The position numbers were made by a program, and so were the translations under genes. 64,000 bases of DNA. Source: the human T2T-CHM13v2.0 reference genome, Homo sapiens. Positions 63,402-64,000 of this stretch are shown here, one piece after another. The stretch lies in NCBI RefSeq assembly GCF_009914755.1, contig NC_060946.1; one strand, written 5' to 3'. How positions within the stretch are numbered: the stretch's first letter is position 1; each line of letters opens with the position of its first letter. The notes below the pieces were generated by a model. That model was not told the origin of the DNA. It saw only the letters and a program-made list of their open reading frames with translations, and did not search any database.

Positions 63402-64000
63402 CGACTAGAAGGGACAGGTGGGCAGGAAGTGCCAAGAAGGTGGACTGGCCAAGCCGGTGGGCTCCTCACAGGGAGGAGCCTGGGCCTGGGCAGGGGTGGG
63501 CACGTTCAGTTCAGCCCCAGCAACCCTGGAGCCAGGGGCCTGGCAGCCGCAGCATGGCCACCTCCTGGGGCCTTGGAGCCCTGGACACCCTGGCTGACAG
63601 TCATTTACTGGGGCCACATTGTCCATGAGAGGTGACATTCTTATCTCTCTCTGATTCCTAAATAAAAAATGTGAAAAGCCGTGTCCAGAGCCTCACCCAG
63701 GAGGGAGACAAATGGCCTGCTATGGCCCGCACCCTGGGAGCGGCTTAGCCATGCTGGGGACGGGGCAGACAAAAGGTGAGCCCTTACCTCTCTGAGCCTC
63801 ACCTCTGACATGGGAAGGCCCCAGGGACAGGGAGGTCATGGGCTCAGCATCCCCAGCACTCTGCCCTTCCCCCACAGCCTGTTCCCAGGACCCAGCCCTC
63901 ATCTGTTCTCTGTCCCCTCGGGGGTGCCCCACAGGGTGGGAAGGCAGGGGAGGCTGCCCGGCACTCGGGGCATGTGTCCACTCGCCACCCTGGCCCTGGA

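Noticed and set aside
63661-63666. AATAAA as the end of a plus-strand gene
   Set aside because: No supporting upstream exon structure could be identified.
56481-63932. Long overlapping ORFs (up to 231 aa) in the GC-rich block
   Set aside because: They occur in several frames on both strands, are Pro/Gly/Ala/Arg-rich and show no recognisable domain, as expected from stop-codon scarcity at high GC.

Overview
Primate (human or great-ape) genomic DNA, rich in Alu, L1 and LTR elements, with no complete protein-coding gene, RNA gene or CRISPR array. The main feature is a minus-strand, intron-containing partial duplicate of carboxylesterase 5A: seven exons between 36480 and 53959. I recognise it as CES5AP1, which by inference places the window in the 22q11.23 low-copy-repeat region. 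The seven exons keep canonical AG/GT sites and splice into one uninterrupted 285-codon frame with the oxyanion-hole motif, catalytic Ser and catalytic Glu. The 5' exons (signal peptide) and the catalytic-His exon are absent. The window looks like a mosaic: an Alu/L1-dense AT-rich block (1 to ~34 kb), a ~600 bp ERV env fragment, a ~20 kb CES5A-derived block, a 5'-truncated ERV1 LTR, and an Alu-free GC-rich block (~55.5-64 kb). The most notable observations are the open 'pseudogene' frame, the co-oriented env and LTR pieces bracketing the CES5A block, a PATRR-like AT-rich palindrome near 49.5 kb, tiny L1 3'-end insertions with target-site duplications, a trimeric Alu and enhancer-like islands in the GC-rich block. 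I found no clearly new biological system. Repeat-family names and the CES5A comparison are from memory, not database searches, and repeat boundaries are approximate.
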